Source: an uncultured beta proteobacterium
GTDB taxonomy: Bacteria > Pseudomonadota > Gammaproteobacteria > Burkholderiales > Casimicrobiaceae
Direction: 5' to 3'
NCBI GenBank assembly: GCA_963786625.1
Contig: CAWAZS010000002.1
Coordinates: 12,201 to 76,200 of the forward strand
DNA length: 64,000 nt
Shown here: piece by piece, positions 25,112 to 36,033 of the stretch
Layout: every line of letters starts with the position of its first letter
Numbering within the stretch: position 1 is the stretch's first letter
The notes under the pieces: generated by a model
What the model saw: only the letters and a program-made list of their open reading frames with translations
Database searches by the model: none
What the model was told of the DNA's origin: nothing
Program-made: the position numbers and the translations under genes

Positions 25112-26683
25112 TCAAGTATCGACGTCCGCCGCGGGCGTCGCGTCCGGCCTGATGTCGCGCCGGTTGAACTGGGCGAGGCGGAACCCGAGCAGCCAGAGCG
25201 CGCCGAAGTAGGCGGCGGCGCCGGCAGCGCACACGCCGGCCAGGCGTCCGACCTTGGGCCACAGCGTCGCCGAAAGCCAGAACGACGCGGGCCCGCCCAG
25301 CCAGAGCAGGACGGCGGCCAGGACGAACAGCGCGACGGCGAGCTTCGAGACGAACATGAGCCAGCCCGGACTCGGCCGGTAGATCCCGCGCTTTCTCAGG
25401 AACCAGAACAGCAGCCCGGCGTTGACGCAGGCGCCGATCGACGTCGACAGCGTCAGGCCGGCGTGGCCGAGCGGAAACATCAGGATCACGGCGAACGTCT
25501 GCGACACCAGCACGGTCACGAACGCGATCTTCACCGGCGTCGCCATGATCTGGCGCGCGTAGAAGCCGGGCGCCAGGATCTTCACCACGATCAGCCCCAG
25601 CAGCCCCGCGCTGTAGCCCAGGAGCGCGGTGCGGGTCTGCACGACGTCGTTGACCGTGAACTGCCCGTACTTGTACAGCGTCGCTATCAGCGGGATCGCC
25701 AGCACCCAGAGCGCGAGCGCCGCCGGCAGGGCGAGCATGAACGCGAGGCGCAGTCCCCAGTCGAGCAGCGACCGGTAATGCTCCGGGTCCGCATCGGCGT
25801 GGGATTTCGCGAGCGACGGCAGAAGCACGGTGCCCAGCGCCACGCCGAGAAGCGCGCCCGGGAACTCCATCAGGCGGTCGGCGTAGGTGATCCACGAGAT
25901 GCGCCCGTCGCCCAGCGCCGCCGCGAGCTGCGTGTTGATGAGCGCCGAGATCTGCGCCGCCGACACGCCGAGCACTGCGGGTCCCATCGCCGCGAGCACC
26001 CGCCGCACGCCCTCGTCGCGCCAGTCGAAGCGCGGTCCGACGAGCATTCCGATCTTCGCCAGCGGACGCAGCTGCAGCACGAGCTGCGCGATGCCCCCGA
26101 TGAACACACCCCAGGCAAGCGCCTTGATCGGCGGATCGAAATACGGCGCGAGAAACAGCGCTGCGCCGATGATCGACAGGTTGAGGAGCACCGGCGTGAA
26201 CGCGGGGATCGCGAATTGCCGGTACACGTTGAGCACGCCTCCCGCCAAGGAGACGAGCGACACGAACATCAGGTAGGGAAAGACGATCCGGATCATCTCG
26301 GCGGTGAGCTCGAGCTTGCCCGGCGTCCGCGCGAATGCCCCGGCCAGCACATAGACGAGCCACGGCGCGGCCAGCACGCCGATCACCGTGACCCCGAGCA
26401 GGACGAGCGCGAGCAGCGTGCCGACCCGTCCCATCAGGGCCCGGGTCTCGTCGAGCCCGCGCTGCCGCCGATACTCGGCGAAGATCGGAACGAACGCCTG
26501 CGAGAACGCCCCCTCGGCGAACAGCCGGCGCAGGATGTTCGGCAGGCGGAACGCCGCCTCGAAGGCGTCCATCTGCAGCCCCGCCCCGAACGCGGCCGCC
26601 TTCAGGCTTTCGCGGGCGAGTCCGGTGATCCGTGAGAGGAGCGTCATCCCGCTGACCGTCGAGACCGCCCGCAGCAGATTCAA
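25112..26683 (-). CDS. murJ: Lipid II flippase MurJ
   Basis: (M)NLLRAVSTVSGMTLLSRITGLARESLKAAAFGAG..DAFEAAFRLPNILRRLFAEGAFSQAFVP is the canonical MurJ N-terminus, followed by 14 TM segments. The start is taken as TTG 26683, and ORF 25112..26731 extends 16 codons further. Confidence 0.9.
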   Translation of the reverse strand: MNLLRAVSTVSGMTLLSRITGLARESLKAAAFGAGLQMDAFEAAFRLPNILRRLFAEGAFSQAFVPIFAEYRRQRGLDETRALMGRVGTLLALVLLGVTVIGVLAAPWLVYVLAGAFARTPGKLELTAEMIRIVFPYLMFVSLVSLAGGVLNVYRQFAIPAFTPVLLNLSIIGAALFLAPYFDPPIKALAWGVFIGGIAQLVLQLRPLAKIGMLVGPRFDWRDEGVRRVLAAMGPAVLGVSAAQISALINTQLAAALGDGRISWITYADRLMEFPGALLGVALGTVLLPSLAKSHADADPEHYRSLLDWGLRLAFMLALPAALALWVLAIPLIATLYKYGQFTVNDVVQTRTALLGYSAGLLGLIVVKILAPGFYARQIMATPVKIAFVTVLVSQTFAVILMFPLGHAGLTLSTSIGACVNAGLLFWFLRKRGIYRPSPGWLMFVSKLAVALFVLAAVLLWLGGPASFWLSATLWPKVGRLAGVCAAGAAAYFGALWLLGFRLAQFNRRDIRPDATPAADVDT

Positions 26684-26811
26684 TGCGGTCTCCGGGGGGC
26701 CGGCGCGGCAGGGCGCGGAGCGGGCCTGCATGGCACGCGGGGCATGACGGGAGGTGGCGCGGCGACGGGCATTCGGGAAGGGGAAGGCACGCGCGCGCCA
26801 CCGGGGGCGTC

Positions 26812-26840
26812 TTGCACGGCCAGCGATAAGCTGCTATTAT
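26812..26840 (+). promoter_or_regulatory. Candidate sigma70 promoter of rpsT (TTGCAC-N17-TATTAT)
   Basis: cgtcTTGCACggccagcgataagctgcTATTATgc lies in an unusually AT-rich patch 47 nt upstream of the rpsT ATG. An AGAGGAA SD follows. Confidence 0.55.
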
Positions 26841-26886
26841 GCTTGGTCTTTTTTCGCTTCTCCAGAACACAGAGGAATTTCGACCC

Positions 26887-27150
26887 ATGGCGAACAGCGC
26901 CCAAGCCCGCAAGCGCGCCCGGCAAGCGACGGAAACCAACAAGCACAACGCGAGCCTCCGGTCTTCGCTGCGCACCGCCGTCAAGCAGGTCAGGAAGTCG
27001 ATCCAGGCCGGAGACAAGGCCGCGGCGATGCAGAAGATGCAGGCGTCGCAGGCGGTCATCGACCGCATCGCGGACAAGAAGATCGTGCACAAGAACCTGG
27101 CGTCGCGGACCAAGTCGCGCCTCGCCCAGGCGATCAAGGCGATGGCCTAG
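26887..27150 (+). CDS. rpsT: 30S ribosomal protein S20
   Basis: [44 protein letters not shown]... gives 87 aa from the in-frame ATG of ORF 26839..27150. Confidence 0.93.
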   Translation: MANSAQARKRARQATETNKHNASLRSSLRTAVKQVRKSIQAGDKAAAMQKMQASQAVIDRIADKKIVHKNLASRTKSRLAQAIKAMA

Positions 27151-27177
27151 TCCCACTCGCTTCCCGCACTTCCCGTC

Positions 27178-27202
27178 AAGGGCGCCTCCGGGCGCCCTTT
27201 TT
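27178..27202 (+). terminator. Intrinsic terminator of rpsT
   Basis: AAGGGCGCC-TCCG-GGCGCCCTT followed by a T-run (ttttt), 28 nt after the rpsT stop. Confidence 0.8.
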
Positions 27203-27491
27203 CGCTGGCGCGACGCCATCCGCGTCCGGGCGAGCGCACGACGAGCGACTGCGCCTGCAGCGACGCCCCCGGAGCGCGAAAAGTCCCCGAAACGATCGTG
27301 GGCATGGCGATTGCTTAGCAGCTTCCAATGCGTTGCCAGCGCGGCCGGCGTTGGGATCCGGAAGCCGTTCTGCGCGGCCGATCCTGGCGCGCCGGCAGCC
27401 AGTGCCGTCCGGAAGTGCCCTCGTGCCGAACAAGACCACCGCACTCGAAGGTGACCTTCGCCATTCCGGCGCGCCGCCCCCAGCGGTCGCC

Positions 27492-29645
27492 ATGGCCGGC
27501 CGCCACCTCCCGCCGCCGGGCCCCCGCCCGCCGGGCGCAGGGTGGCGGACGGGATTTCGCGTCCTGATTTGCCGGCTGTCGTCAGTCGCTGCGCTCGTGC
27601 TGCTCAGCGCGCTCGCTTCGACGTCCGCGGCCGTCGCGGCGGAGCCGGCCGTGCCGCCGCCGCAGGAGATCGAAACCTACCTCTACGCGTATCCGAAGCG
27701 TGCGCTCACGGAGCTGGCGACGCTGGTGGCGCGGCCCGGCAACAGCCTGACGTCCGAGCGCCGCCTCGTCTATGCCCTCTATGGCCAGACCATGGTCGCG
27801 GCAGGCAGGAGCACGGAAGCGGTCGAGCTCGCCGAGCATCTCGAACGGCAGGCGAGTGCCCGGCGCGATCCGCTGATCCTCGCGACCGCCCGGCTCATCC
27901 GCGCCAATGCCGAATCGCGGGCGGGGGATGCCGCCAAGGCGAATGCGCTGGCGAAGGAAGGGCGCGCGCTGCTGAAAGACGCCCGCGACCCCTACCTCGC
28001 CTACTGGGCCGCAATCACCATCGGTGTCACCGCCCGCGGCCGCGGCCAGCTCGACGAGTCGCTCGCCAACCTGCAGGAAGCGCTGGCGTTCGCCGAGAGC
28101 GCCGACAACACCTACCGCCGGTCCAACGCGCTCTACCAGCTCGCTCAGCTGTACCTGGCGCTCAAGCAGCCGCAGAACGCGCTCGATGCGAGCCAGCAGG
28201 CCTTCCGCTTCGCCGAGGCCTCGTCCAACGCGTTGGGCATGGCCAAGGCACGGATGGCGGAGTCCGCGGCGCTGGAGCTGCTGAACGATCCGGTGCGCGA
28301 GCTCGCGACGATGGAGGACGCGCTGGCGATCGCGCGCAAGGCGCGTTCGAAGGTCGCAGAGGGACTGGCGCTGATCAATCTCGCCGACATACGCCTGCGG
28401 CGCCGGCAGTACGCCGAGGCGCTGGACCTCTCGCGCGGTTCCCTCGCCCTCGCCCGGGAGTTCAACGACGTCGGCGCAATGGCGACGAGCAAGGCAAACA
28501 TGGGCTTCGCGCTGTTCGGCCTCGGCCGGGTGGCCGAAGGCAAGCGCCTTGCCGACGATGCGCTCACCGACTACGAGCGCACCGGCGCGACGGCCGAAAT
28601 CGCGTCGCTGCTGGGCGAGTACAGCCAGTACCTCGAGAGGTCGGGCGATTACAAGACGGCGCTGGCGCTCTACCACCGTGAGCGCAAGCTCTACGAGGAG
28701 ATCGCCGCGGCCGCGCATCACAAGTCGGTGCTCGAGATGCAGGAGAAGTACGAGGCGGAAAAGCGCCGCCGCGAGATCGAGCTGCTCAATCGCCAGAACG
28801 CGCTGAGCTCGGCGGAACTGCAGAACCGGGCGCTGCAGCAGCGCGTCTGGTGGCTGCTCGCCGGCGTCTTCGCGATCTCCTTCATCGTGGTCGCGGCGCT
28901 CTATCGGAAGCTGCGCATCACCAACGGTCTGCTCGCGTCGACGAACCAGGACTTGAGCGTGCGCAGCGTCCGCGACCCGCTGACGGCGCTGTACAACCGC
29001 CGCTACTTCCAGGATTTCATGCGCGACGAGCACAGCCGGCCCGAGCGCCGGCGCCGCAGCGACGGCGACAGGGCGATCCACGCCCTGCTCCTCATCGACA
29101 TCGACATGTTCAAGCAGATCAACGACCGCCACGGACACGCGGCCGGCGACGCGGTCCTCGTCGTCGTCGCCCGCCGCTTGCGCGAAACCCTGCGGGAAAC
29201 CGACATGATCGTTCGCTGGGGCGGCGAGGAATTCCTGGTCTTCGTTCCGGCGACCAGCACCGAGAAGCTGGACGAGATCGCCGCGCGGATCATGGACGCG
29301 ATCGCGGCGGAGCCGATCGTGCACCAGGGTTCCGCGATACGCGTCACCGCGTCGATCGGCTACGCCCCGATGCCGCTGCCTCCGGACAGCGTCGTGCTCT
29401 CCTGGGAGCGCGCGATCAGCCTGGTCGACATGGCGCTGTACATGGCCAAGGTCCATGGCCGCAATCGCGCCTATGGCATACGCGGATTGCGCCGCAGCGA
29501 CGACGAGGCCCTCGCGACCATCGAGCGCGATCTGGAAAAGGCCTGGGAGGGCGGGATGGTCGATATGCACCTGCAGCCGGGCCCAGCCATCGCCACGACC
29601 CCGATACTGGAGCCGCACAGGGCGCTGACGCACACCGGCGGCTGA
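27492..29645 (+). CDS. Membrane diguanylate cyclase with periplasmic TPR-like sensor domain (GGEEF, intact RxxD I-site)
   Basis: It has a signal/TM segment (VLICRLSSVAALVLLSALASTSAAVAA), about 400 aa of TPR-like helical repeats, a second TM (VWWLLAGVFAISFIVVAALY) and a GGDEF domain (RDPLTALYNRRYF...LLLIDIDMFKQINDRHGHAAGD...RETDMIVRWGGEEFLV). Confidence 0.85.
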   Translation: MAGRHLPPPGPRPPGAGWRTGFRVLICRLSSVAALVLLSALASTSAAVAAEPAVPPPQEIETYLYAYPKRALTELATLVARPGNSLTSERRLVYALYGQTMVAAGRSTEAVELAEHLERQASARRDPLILATARLIRANAESRAGDAAKANALAKEGRALLKDARDPYLAYWAAITIGVTARGRGQLDESLANLQEALAFAESADNTYRRSNALYQLAQLYLALKQPQNALDASQQAFRFAEASSNALGMAKARMAESAALELLNDPVRELATMEDALAIARKARSKVAEGLALINLADIRLRRRQYAEALDLSRGSLALAREFNDVGAMATSKANMGFALFGLGRVAEGKRLADDALTDYERTGATAEIASLLGEYSQYLERSGDYKTALALYHRERKLYEEIAAAAHHKSVLEMQEKYEAEKRRREIELLNRQNALSSAELQNRALQQRVWWLLAGVFAISFIVVAALYRKLRITNGLLASTNQDLSVRSVRDPLTALYNRRYFQDFMRDEHSRPERRRRSDGDRAIHALLLIDIDMFKQINDRHGHAAGDAVLVVVARRLRETLRETDMIVRWGGEEFLVFVPATSTEKLDEIAARIMDAIAAEPIVHQGSAIRVTASIGYAPMPLPPDSVVLSWERAISLVDMALYMAKVHGRNRAYGIRGLRRSDDEALATIERDLEKAWEGGMVDMHLQPGPAIATTPILEPHRALTHTGG

Positions 29646-29671
29646 GCGCCCCGATCGCCCCGCGTCGGAAC

Positions 29672-30883
29672 CTAGCTGCTGGCTGCCGCGAGGGGCGCCG
29701 GCCGCACGCCGCTGAGGAGGTAGGCGATGAGGTCGCGCACCGGCCGGATCTCGCTGCCGAACGGCAGCGCCGACGCGCCCCGGAAGAACAGCCCCTTCGC
29801 GACGTCGCCGCGCAACGCTGCGGCTAGCTGCATGTCGATGCAGAACTGACCGATCTTCGCGATGCCGTCGCGCAGCCCGCACTGGATCAGGCAGTCGAAC
29901 TTGAGCGTGCACCGCGGCTTCTTGTGCGCGACCGCCGAGAGCTTCGGCAGGTACTTGAGGTAGGTCGTGAGCCACGGCGTGCGCACGGCACGCGCGGGGA
30001 GCCCGGCCACGCTCATGAACTCGACGATGTCCTCGGGCTTGGCACCGGCCAGGACGCGCTTGAACTCGATGTCGGCGTCGCCTTCCTCGGTCACCGCGAA
30101 CGCCGTTCCGATCTGCACCGCGGCGGCGCCCCGCGACAGAAGATCGCGGACGCGCTCGTGCGAGTTGATTCCGCCCGCGGGGATCAGCGGCACCGCGCCG
30201 TCGGCGATGCCCTCGGCGCGGAAGAAGGCGAGGACGTCCGGAAGCACGCGTTCGAAATCGAAGCGCGGATCGGCGAGGTCCTCGATCTTCGCGGCACCGA
30301 GGTGGCCGCCTGCGTAGCGCGGATGCTCGATAACGATCGCGTCGGGCAGGCGCCCCTTGCGCATCCACTTCTTCACGACCAGCTGGATGCCGCGCGCGTC
30401 CGACAGGATCGGGATCAGCGCGACGTCCGGATGCTCGCTGGCGAGCTCCGGAAGATCGAGCGGAAGCCCCGCCCCGACGACAACGGCATCCGCGCCGCTC
30501 GCGCATGCCTGCCTCACGTAACGCGCGTAGTCGGAGAGCGCGCGCATCACGTTGACCGCGACCATGCCGCGCCCGTTGGCGATCGCCTTCGCACCGCGGA
30601 TCTCGCGCGAGAGCGCCTCGAGATTGGCCGCGTCGATCGTCGCCCGGTCCGAATGCGCGCTCGCCTGCATCAGGTCCGGATGGTGGCGGCGCAGATCGAC
30701 GCTCGCGATCGTGCCCACCGCGTCGAGGCTCGCGACGGTCCCGGCGAGCCGGTGCGCCGAAATGCCGACGCCCATCCCGCCCTGAACGATCGGCAGCAGG
30801 CGGCGACCGCGCACGACGAGGGGCGGCAGGCAGGAGAGCGCGGCCGTCAGGGGATCGGTGACAGCAGGAGCAGGCTCGGTCAT
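29672..30883 (-). CDS. Nitronate monooxygenase (NMO/2-nitropropane dioxygenase)-family FMN oxidoreductase with Cys-rich C-terminal extension
   Basis: It carries PIVQGGMGVGISAHRLAGTVA..., IPAGGINSHERVRDLL..GAAAVQIGTAF (NMO TIM-barrel motifs). The C-terminal roughly 100 aa contain C-x6-C-x3-C-x13-C (PRCTLKFDCLIQCGLRDGIAKIGQFCID). Confidence 0.8.
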   Translation of the reverse strand: MTEPAPAVTDPLTAALSCLPPLVVRGRRLLPIVQGGMGVGISAHRLAGTVASLDAVGTIASVDLRRHHPDLMQASAHSDRATIDAANLEALSREIRGAKAIANGRGMVAVNVMRALSDYARYVRQACASGADAVVVGAGLPLDLPELASEHPDVALIPILSDARGIQLVVKKWMRKGRLPDAIVIEHPRYAGGHLGAAKIEDLADPRFDFERVLPDVLAFFRAEGIADGAVPLIPAGGINSHERVRDLLSRGAAAVQIGTAFAVTEEGDADIEFKRVLAGAKPEDIVEFMSVAGLPARAVRTPWLTTYLKYLPKLSAVAHKKPRCTLKFDCLIQCGLRDGIAKIGQFCIDMQLAAALRGDVAKGLFFRGASALPFGSEIRPVRDLIAYLLSGVRPAPLAAASS

Positions 30884-31052
30884 GGGCTTCCGGACATCAC
30901 CCGCAAACGCAGGCGGAATCCGGCGAGGCTACGCCGCCTGCGATCCGTCGTCTTTGATACCGGTTAAGAACCCTGCCCGGGCCCGATGCGGGTTGCCATG
31001 CTAATATGTTGATTTAATGGGGTTCCGCCGAGTTTCGGTCGAGCCGTATGCC

Positions 31053-31982
31053 ATGTCCCCAGCGTCGCCGAAGCACTTTCTCCAGTTCAGGGACTTCTCG
31101 CTCGAGGAGTTCGACTACCTGATCGAGCGCACGCGCTGGATCAAGGAGCGGTTCAAGCGCTACGAGATCTATCAGCCGCTGCGCGATCGCACGCTCGCCA
31201 TGGTGTTCGAGAAGGCGTCGACGCGCACCCGCGTGTCGTTCGAGGCCGGCATGAATCAGCTGGGCGGCATCGCGATCAACCTGAACCGCGGCGACACGCA
31301 GCTCGCGCGCGGCGAGCCGATCGAGGACGTCGCGCGCGTGATCTCGCGGATGGTCGACGTGGTGATGATCCGCACGTTCGAGCAGTCGATCATCGAGCGC
31401 TTCGCTGCGCACTCGCGCGTTCCGGTGATCAACGGCCTGACCAACGAGTACCATCCCTGCCAGATCCTCGCCGACATCTACACGTACTTCGAGCACCGTG
31501 GCGCGATCCGGGGCAGGACGGTGGCGTGGATCGGCGACTCGAACAACGTCTGCAGCACCTGGCTGCAGGCCGCGGCGATCTTCGACTTCACCGTGCACGT
31601 GTCGACGCCTCCGGGCTACGAGATGACGCCCGAGCGTGCCGGCGTCTCGGGACGAGGTCACTTCCGGTCGTTCGCGGATCCGATGGACGCGTGCCGCGGC
31701 GCGGACCTCGTCACCACCGACGTGTGGACGAGCATGGGATTCGAGGCCGAGAACGATGCGCGCAAGCGCGATTTCGCGAAGTGGATGGTCGATGGCCCGA
31801 TGATGCGCGTGGCGAAACCCGACGCGCTCTTCATGCACTGCCTGCCGGTGCATCGCGGCGAGGAGGTCGCGGCCGAGGTGATCGACGGTCCCCAGTCCGT
31901 GGTCTGGGACGAAGCGGAAAACAGGTTGCACGCACAGAAGGCGCTGCTCGAGTTTCTCGTCTGCGGTCGCGTCAATCCATAG
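31053..31982 (+). CDS. argF: Ornithine carbamoyltransferase
   Basis: FEKASTRTRVSFEAG, GEPIEDVARV, HPCQILAD, and DVWTSMG...FMHCLPVHRGEEV are diagnostic OTCase motifs (STRTR, HPxQ, HCLP). Confidence 0.93.
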   Translation: MSPASPKHFLQFRDFSLEEFDYLIERTRWIKERFKRYEIYQPLRDRTLAMVFEKASTRTRVSFEAGMNQLGGIAINLNRGDTQLARGEPIEDVARVISRMVDVVMIRTFEQSIIERFAAHSRVPVINGLTNEYHPCQILADIYTYFEHRGAIRGRTVAWIGDSNNVCSTWLQAAAIFDFTVHVSTPPGYEMTPERAGVSGRGHFRSFADPMDACRGADLVTTDVWTSMGFEAENDARKRDFAKWMVDGPMMRVAKPDALFMHCLPVHRGEEVAAEVIDGPQSVVWDEAENRLHAQKALLEFLVCGRVNP

Positions 31983-32007
31983 CGTCGGACAAGCGCAGGA
32001 GACGGTC

Positions 32008-32373
32008 ATGATCGATCACACCGGCCTCAGCGTCACCAGCATCGCGAAGAGCAAGGGGTTCTACAAGGCCGCGCTGGCACCGCTCGGCTACGACGTGCTG
32101 GTGGAGTGGGAGCGCTTCGTCGGCTTCGGCGTGCCGCCCAAGCCCGACTTCTGGATCGGCGAGGGCGCACCCAACGTTCCGCCGATTCATGTCGCATTCC
32201 GCGCGGAGACCCGCGCGCAGGTCGATGCCTTCCACCGCGCGGCGCTCGCCGCGGGCGGTCGCGACAACGGTGCGCCCGGCCTGCGGCCGCATTACCATCC
32301 GAACTACTATGGCGCGTTCGTCCTCGATCCGGATGGGCACAACATCGAGGCCGTGTGCCATACGCCGGCGTGA
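32008..32373 (+). CDS. VOC (glyoxalase/bleomycin-resistance/dioxygenase) family protein
   Basis: MIDHTGLSVTSIAKSKGFYKAAL...HVAFRAETRAQVDAFH...YGAFVLDPDGHNIEAV, a single VOC fold of 121 aa. Confidence 0.8.
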   Translation: MIDHTGLSVTSIAKSKGFYKAALAPLGYDVLVEWERFVGFGVPPKPDFWIGEGAPNVPPIHVAFRAETRAQVDAFHRAALAAGGRDNGAPGLRPHYHPNYYGAFVLDPDGHNIEAVCHTPA

Positions 32374-32415
32374 CGGGCATCGCATGGCATCCCTGAGCGG
32401 CATTCGGCGCCATCG

Positions 32416-33387
32416 ATGATCGGTCGCGCGCTGACCCTGTGCGTCGCCGGCGCCTGGCTCGCGTGTGTGGCCCCGCCGGCGCCGGGGCAGGCCTGGCCCG
32501 ACCGGCCGATCCGCGTCCTGGTCGCGGCACCCGCCGGCAGCTCGCTCGACGTGCTCGCCCGCACGATCGCCGACCGGCTCAAGGACCGCGTCGGCCAGCC
32601 GGTCGTCGTCGAGAACAAGCCGGCGGCGGGAGGCACCGTCGCCACCGCCGAGGTCGCGAGAGCGGCACCCGACGGCTGCACGATGGTGCTGGGATTCAAC
32701 GGGCCCTTCGCCTTCGGGCCGCTGCTCTCGAAACTTCCTTACGACGTCGCGAAGGACCTGGCGCCGGTGATCATCACGTCGAGCCAGCCGAACGTGCTCG
32801 CCGTCTACGCCCCGCTGCCGGTTAAGAGCGTGCAGGAGCTGGTCGCCTGGGCCAGGGCCCATCCCGGGAAGCTGTCGTACGCGTCGGTCGGCAACGGGAG
32901 CTCGTCGCACCTCAACATGGAATTGCTCAAGTCCATGGCCGGCTTCGACGCGGTGCACGTTCCGTTCAATGGCTCGCCGCCTGCGGTCACGGCGACGATC
33001 CAGGGCGAGACGCAGGCGATGTTCGCCGTGATGCAGCCGCTGCAGGCGCAGACGCAGGCGGGCAAGCTCCGGGCGCTCGCCGTGACGACCTCCAGGCGCT
33101 TTGCGCTGCTGCCCGACCTTCCGACGATCGCGGAGTCGGGCTATCCCGGCTTCGAAGCGCTCGCCTGGAACGGCGTGATGGTTCCGGCCGGCACGCCCAA
33201 GGCTGTCATCGCGCGCCTCAATGCCGAGATGAACGCGATCCTCAGGCAGCCGGACGTCGTCGCGAAGATGAACGCATCCGGATTCGACCTGATCGGCGGC
33301 ACGCCCGAGGACTTCGGCAACCTGATCAAGCGTGAGACGGAGACCTGGGCCCCGGTGATCCGCAGGCTCGGCCTCAGGGTCGACTAG
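32416..33387 (+). CDS. Bug-family (TctC-like) tripartite tricarboxylate transporter substrate-binding protein
   Basis: It has a signal peptide, then WPDRPIRVLVAAPAGSSLDVLARTIADRL...VVENKPAAGGTVA...YASVGNGSSSHL...VPFNGSPPA. The family is strongly expanded in Burkholderiales. No tctAB genes are nearby, so this is an orphan Bug. Confidence 0.85.
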   Translation: MIGRALTLCVAGAWLACVAPPAPGQAWPDRPIRVLVAAPAGSSLDVLARTIADRLKDRVGQPVVVENKPAAGGTVATAEVARAAPDGCTMVLGFNGPFAFGPLLSKLPYDVAKDLAPVIITSSQPNVLAVYAPLPVKSVQELVAWARAHPGKLSYASVGNGSSSHLNMELLKSMAGFDAVHVPFNGSPPAVTATIQGETQAMFAVMQPLQAQTQAGKLRALAVTTSRRFALLPDLPTIAESGYPGFEALAWNGVMVPAGTPKAVIARLNAEMNAILRQPDVVAKMNASGFDLIGGTPEDFGNLIKRETETWAPVIRRLGLRVD

Positions 33388-33415
33388 CGTCGATTCGGGG
33401 CACCGTGCCGAACGC

Positions 33416-34795
<1,380 letters not shown>

Positions 34796-34886
34796 CTAGC
34801 CGAGTCCCCCCGGCCACGACGCCGCGGTCGCGTCGTCGGCATTGCCTGTAGAATCCGCGTTTCCTCTTTCCCGGCGGACGCTCCCC

Positions 34887-35372
34887 ATGCCCTCGTTCGA
34901 CGTCGTCTCCGAAGTGAACACTGTCGAGGTCCGCAACGCCGTCGACCAGACCAACAAGGAAGTGTCGACGCGCTTCGATTTCAAGGGATCGGATGCCCGC
35001 GTCGAGCATGCCGAAGGCACGCTGACGATCTATGCCGACGACGATTTCAAGCTGAAGCAGGTCACCGACATACTGACCGGCAAGCTCACCAAGCGCGGCG
35101 TCGATGTCCGCTCGCTCAAGCACGGCAGCGTCGAGAAGATCGGCGGCAACAAGGTCAAGCAGGCGGTGACGGTGCGCGTCGGCATCGAGCAGGAGCTGGC
35201 CAAGAAGATCGTCAAGCTGATCAAGGACAGCAAGATGAAGGTCCAGGCGTCGATTCAGGGCGACGCGGTTCGGGTGTCGGGTGCGAAGCGCGACGATCTG
35301 CAGAGCGCGATCGCACTCGTGAAGACCTCGATCACCGATTTCCCGGTGCAGTTCGGGAACTTCCGCGACTGA
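34887..35372 (+). CDS. yajQ: YajQ-family nucleotide / cyclic-di-GMP-binding protein
   Basis: [40 protein letters not shown]...[24 protein letters not shown], the canonical YajQ sequence of 161 aa. Confidence 0.9.
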   Translation: MPSFDVVSEVNTVEVRNAVDQTNKEVSTRFDFKGSDARVEHAEGTLTIYADDDFKLKQVTDILTGKLTKRGVDVRSLKHGSVEKIGGNKVKQAVTVRVGIEQELAKKIVKLIKDSKMKVQASIQGDAVRVSGAKRDDLQSAIALVKTSITDFPVQFGNFRD

Positions 35373-35432
35373 CGCGGCGCCCAGCCGGCTCGCCGCCCCG
35401 GTGACGGCGGCGGCGGCCGCGCCGGCGAGGCG

Positions 35433-36017
35433 TCAGTCGAGGTCCGCGGCGAGCGCCGCGCGCATCGCGTCCGGAACGACCGGAACCGCCTCGGTGTAGT
35501 TCGGGTGGTCGACGCCGATCGCGAGGCCGACACCGTACTTGAGCGCGGCCCTCATCTCCTTCGTCAGCTCGAAGCGGAGGAAGTGCACTGCCGAGGTCTT
35601 GGATTCGTTCTCGCGCGGCAGGTCCTCGTCGGCGATCGCATACACCCGCGGGCAGCCCTCGACCTGCACCCAGACACGGTCCTCGATGCCGATCAGCCCG
35701 GCGAGCGCCGCCTTGCGGACGTCGGCATCCTCGTATTCGATCAACATCGTCGCCTTGAAGTTGGTGCCGTCCGGAACGAGGGGGTTGTACGCGTCGAGCT
35801 CGTCCTGGATGCCAGCCTCCTCGAACACCTTCTCGATCCGCAGCATCTCCTGGATCTGGTAGCGCACCGTGAGCTCGTCCTCGAACAGCAGCGTGACGTG
35901 CCGGCCCAGGTGGACGGTGCGCCGCTTCTTGTGCGCGAGCACGCGCTCGCGGAATTCGTGCCGCGCCTTGGCGTAGGCTTCGAGCGACATCAGGCTGTCG
36001 CGCTTGATCGTGGTCAT
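35433..36017 (-). CDS. DUF3501-family protein
   Basis: [63 protein letters not shown]... This is my recollection of the DUF3501 family, which is usually found next to an Hdr-like Fe-S protein and rubrerythrin. The second ATG (36017) has a GAGGGA SD, and ORF 35433..36029 allows 4 more codons. Confidence 0.7.
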   Translation of the reverse strand: MTTIKRDSLMSLEAYAKARHEFRERVLAHKKRRTVHLGRHVTLLFEDELTVRYQIQEMLRIEKVFEEAGIQDELDAYNPLVPDGTNFKATMLIEYEDADVRKAALAGLIGIEDRVWVQVEGCPRVYAIADEDLPRENESKTSAVHFLRFELTKEMRAALKYGVGLAIGVDHPNYTEAVPVVPDAMRAALAADLD

Positions 36018-36033
36018 GGCTTCCCTCATTCGA

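Noticed and set aside
31010-31052. AT-rich argF upstream segment (gttgccatgctaatatgttgatttaatgg) as an ARG box or promoter.
   Set aside because: It only loosely resembles TNTGAAT-type ARG boxes, and the -35/-10 spacing does not fit. There is not enough evidence to call it.
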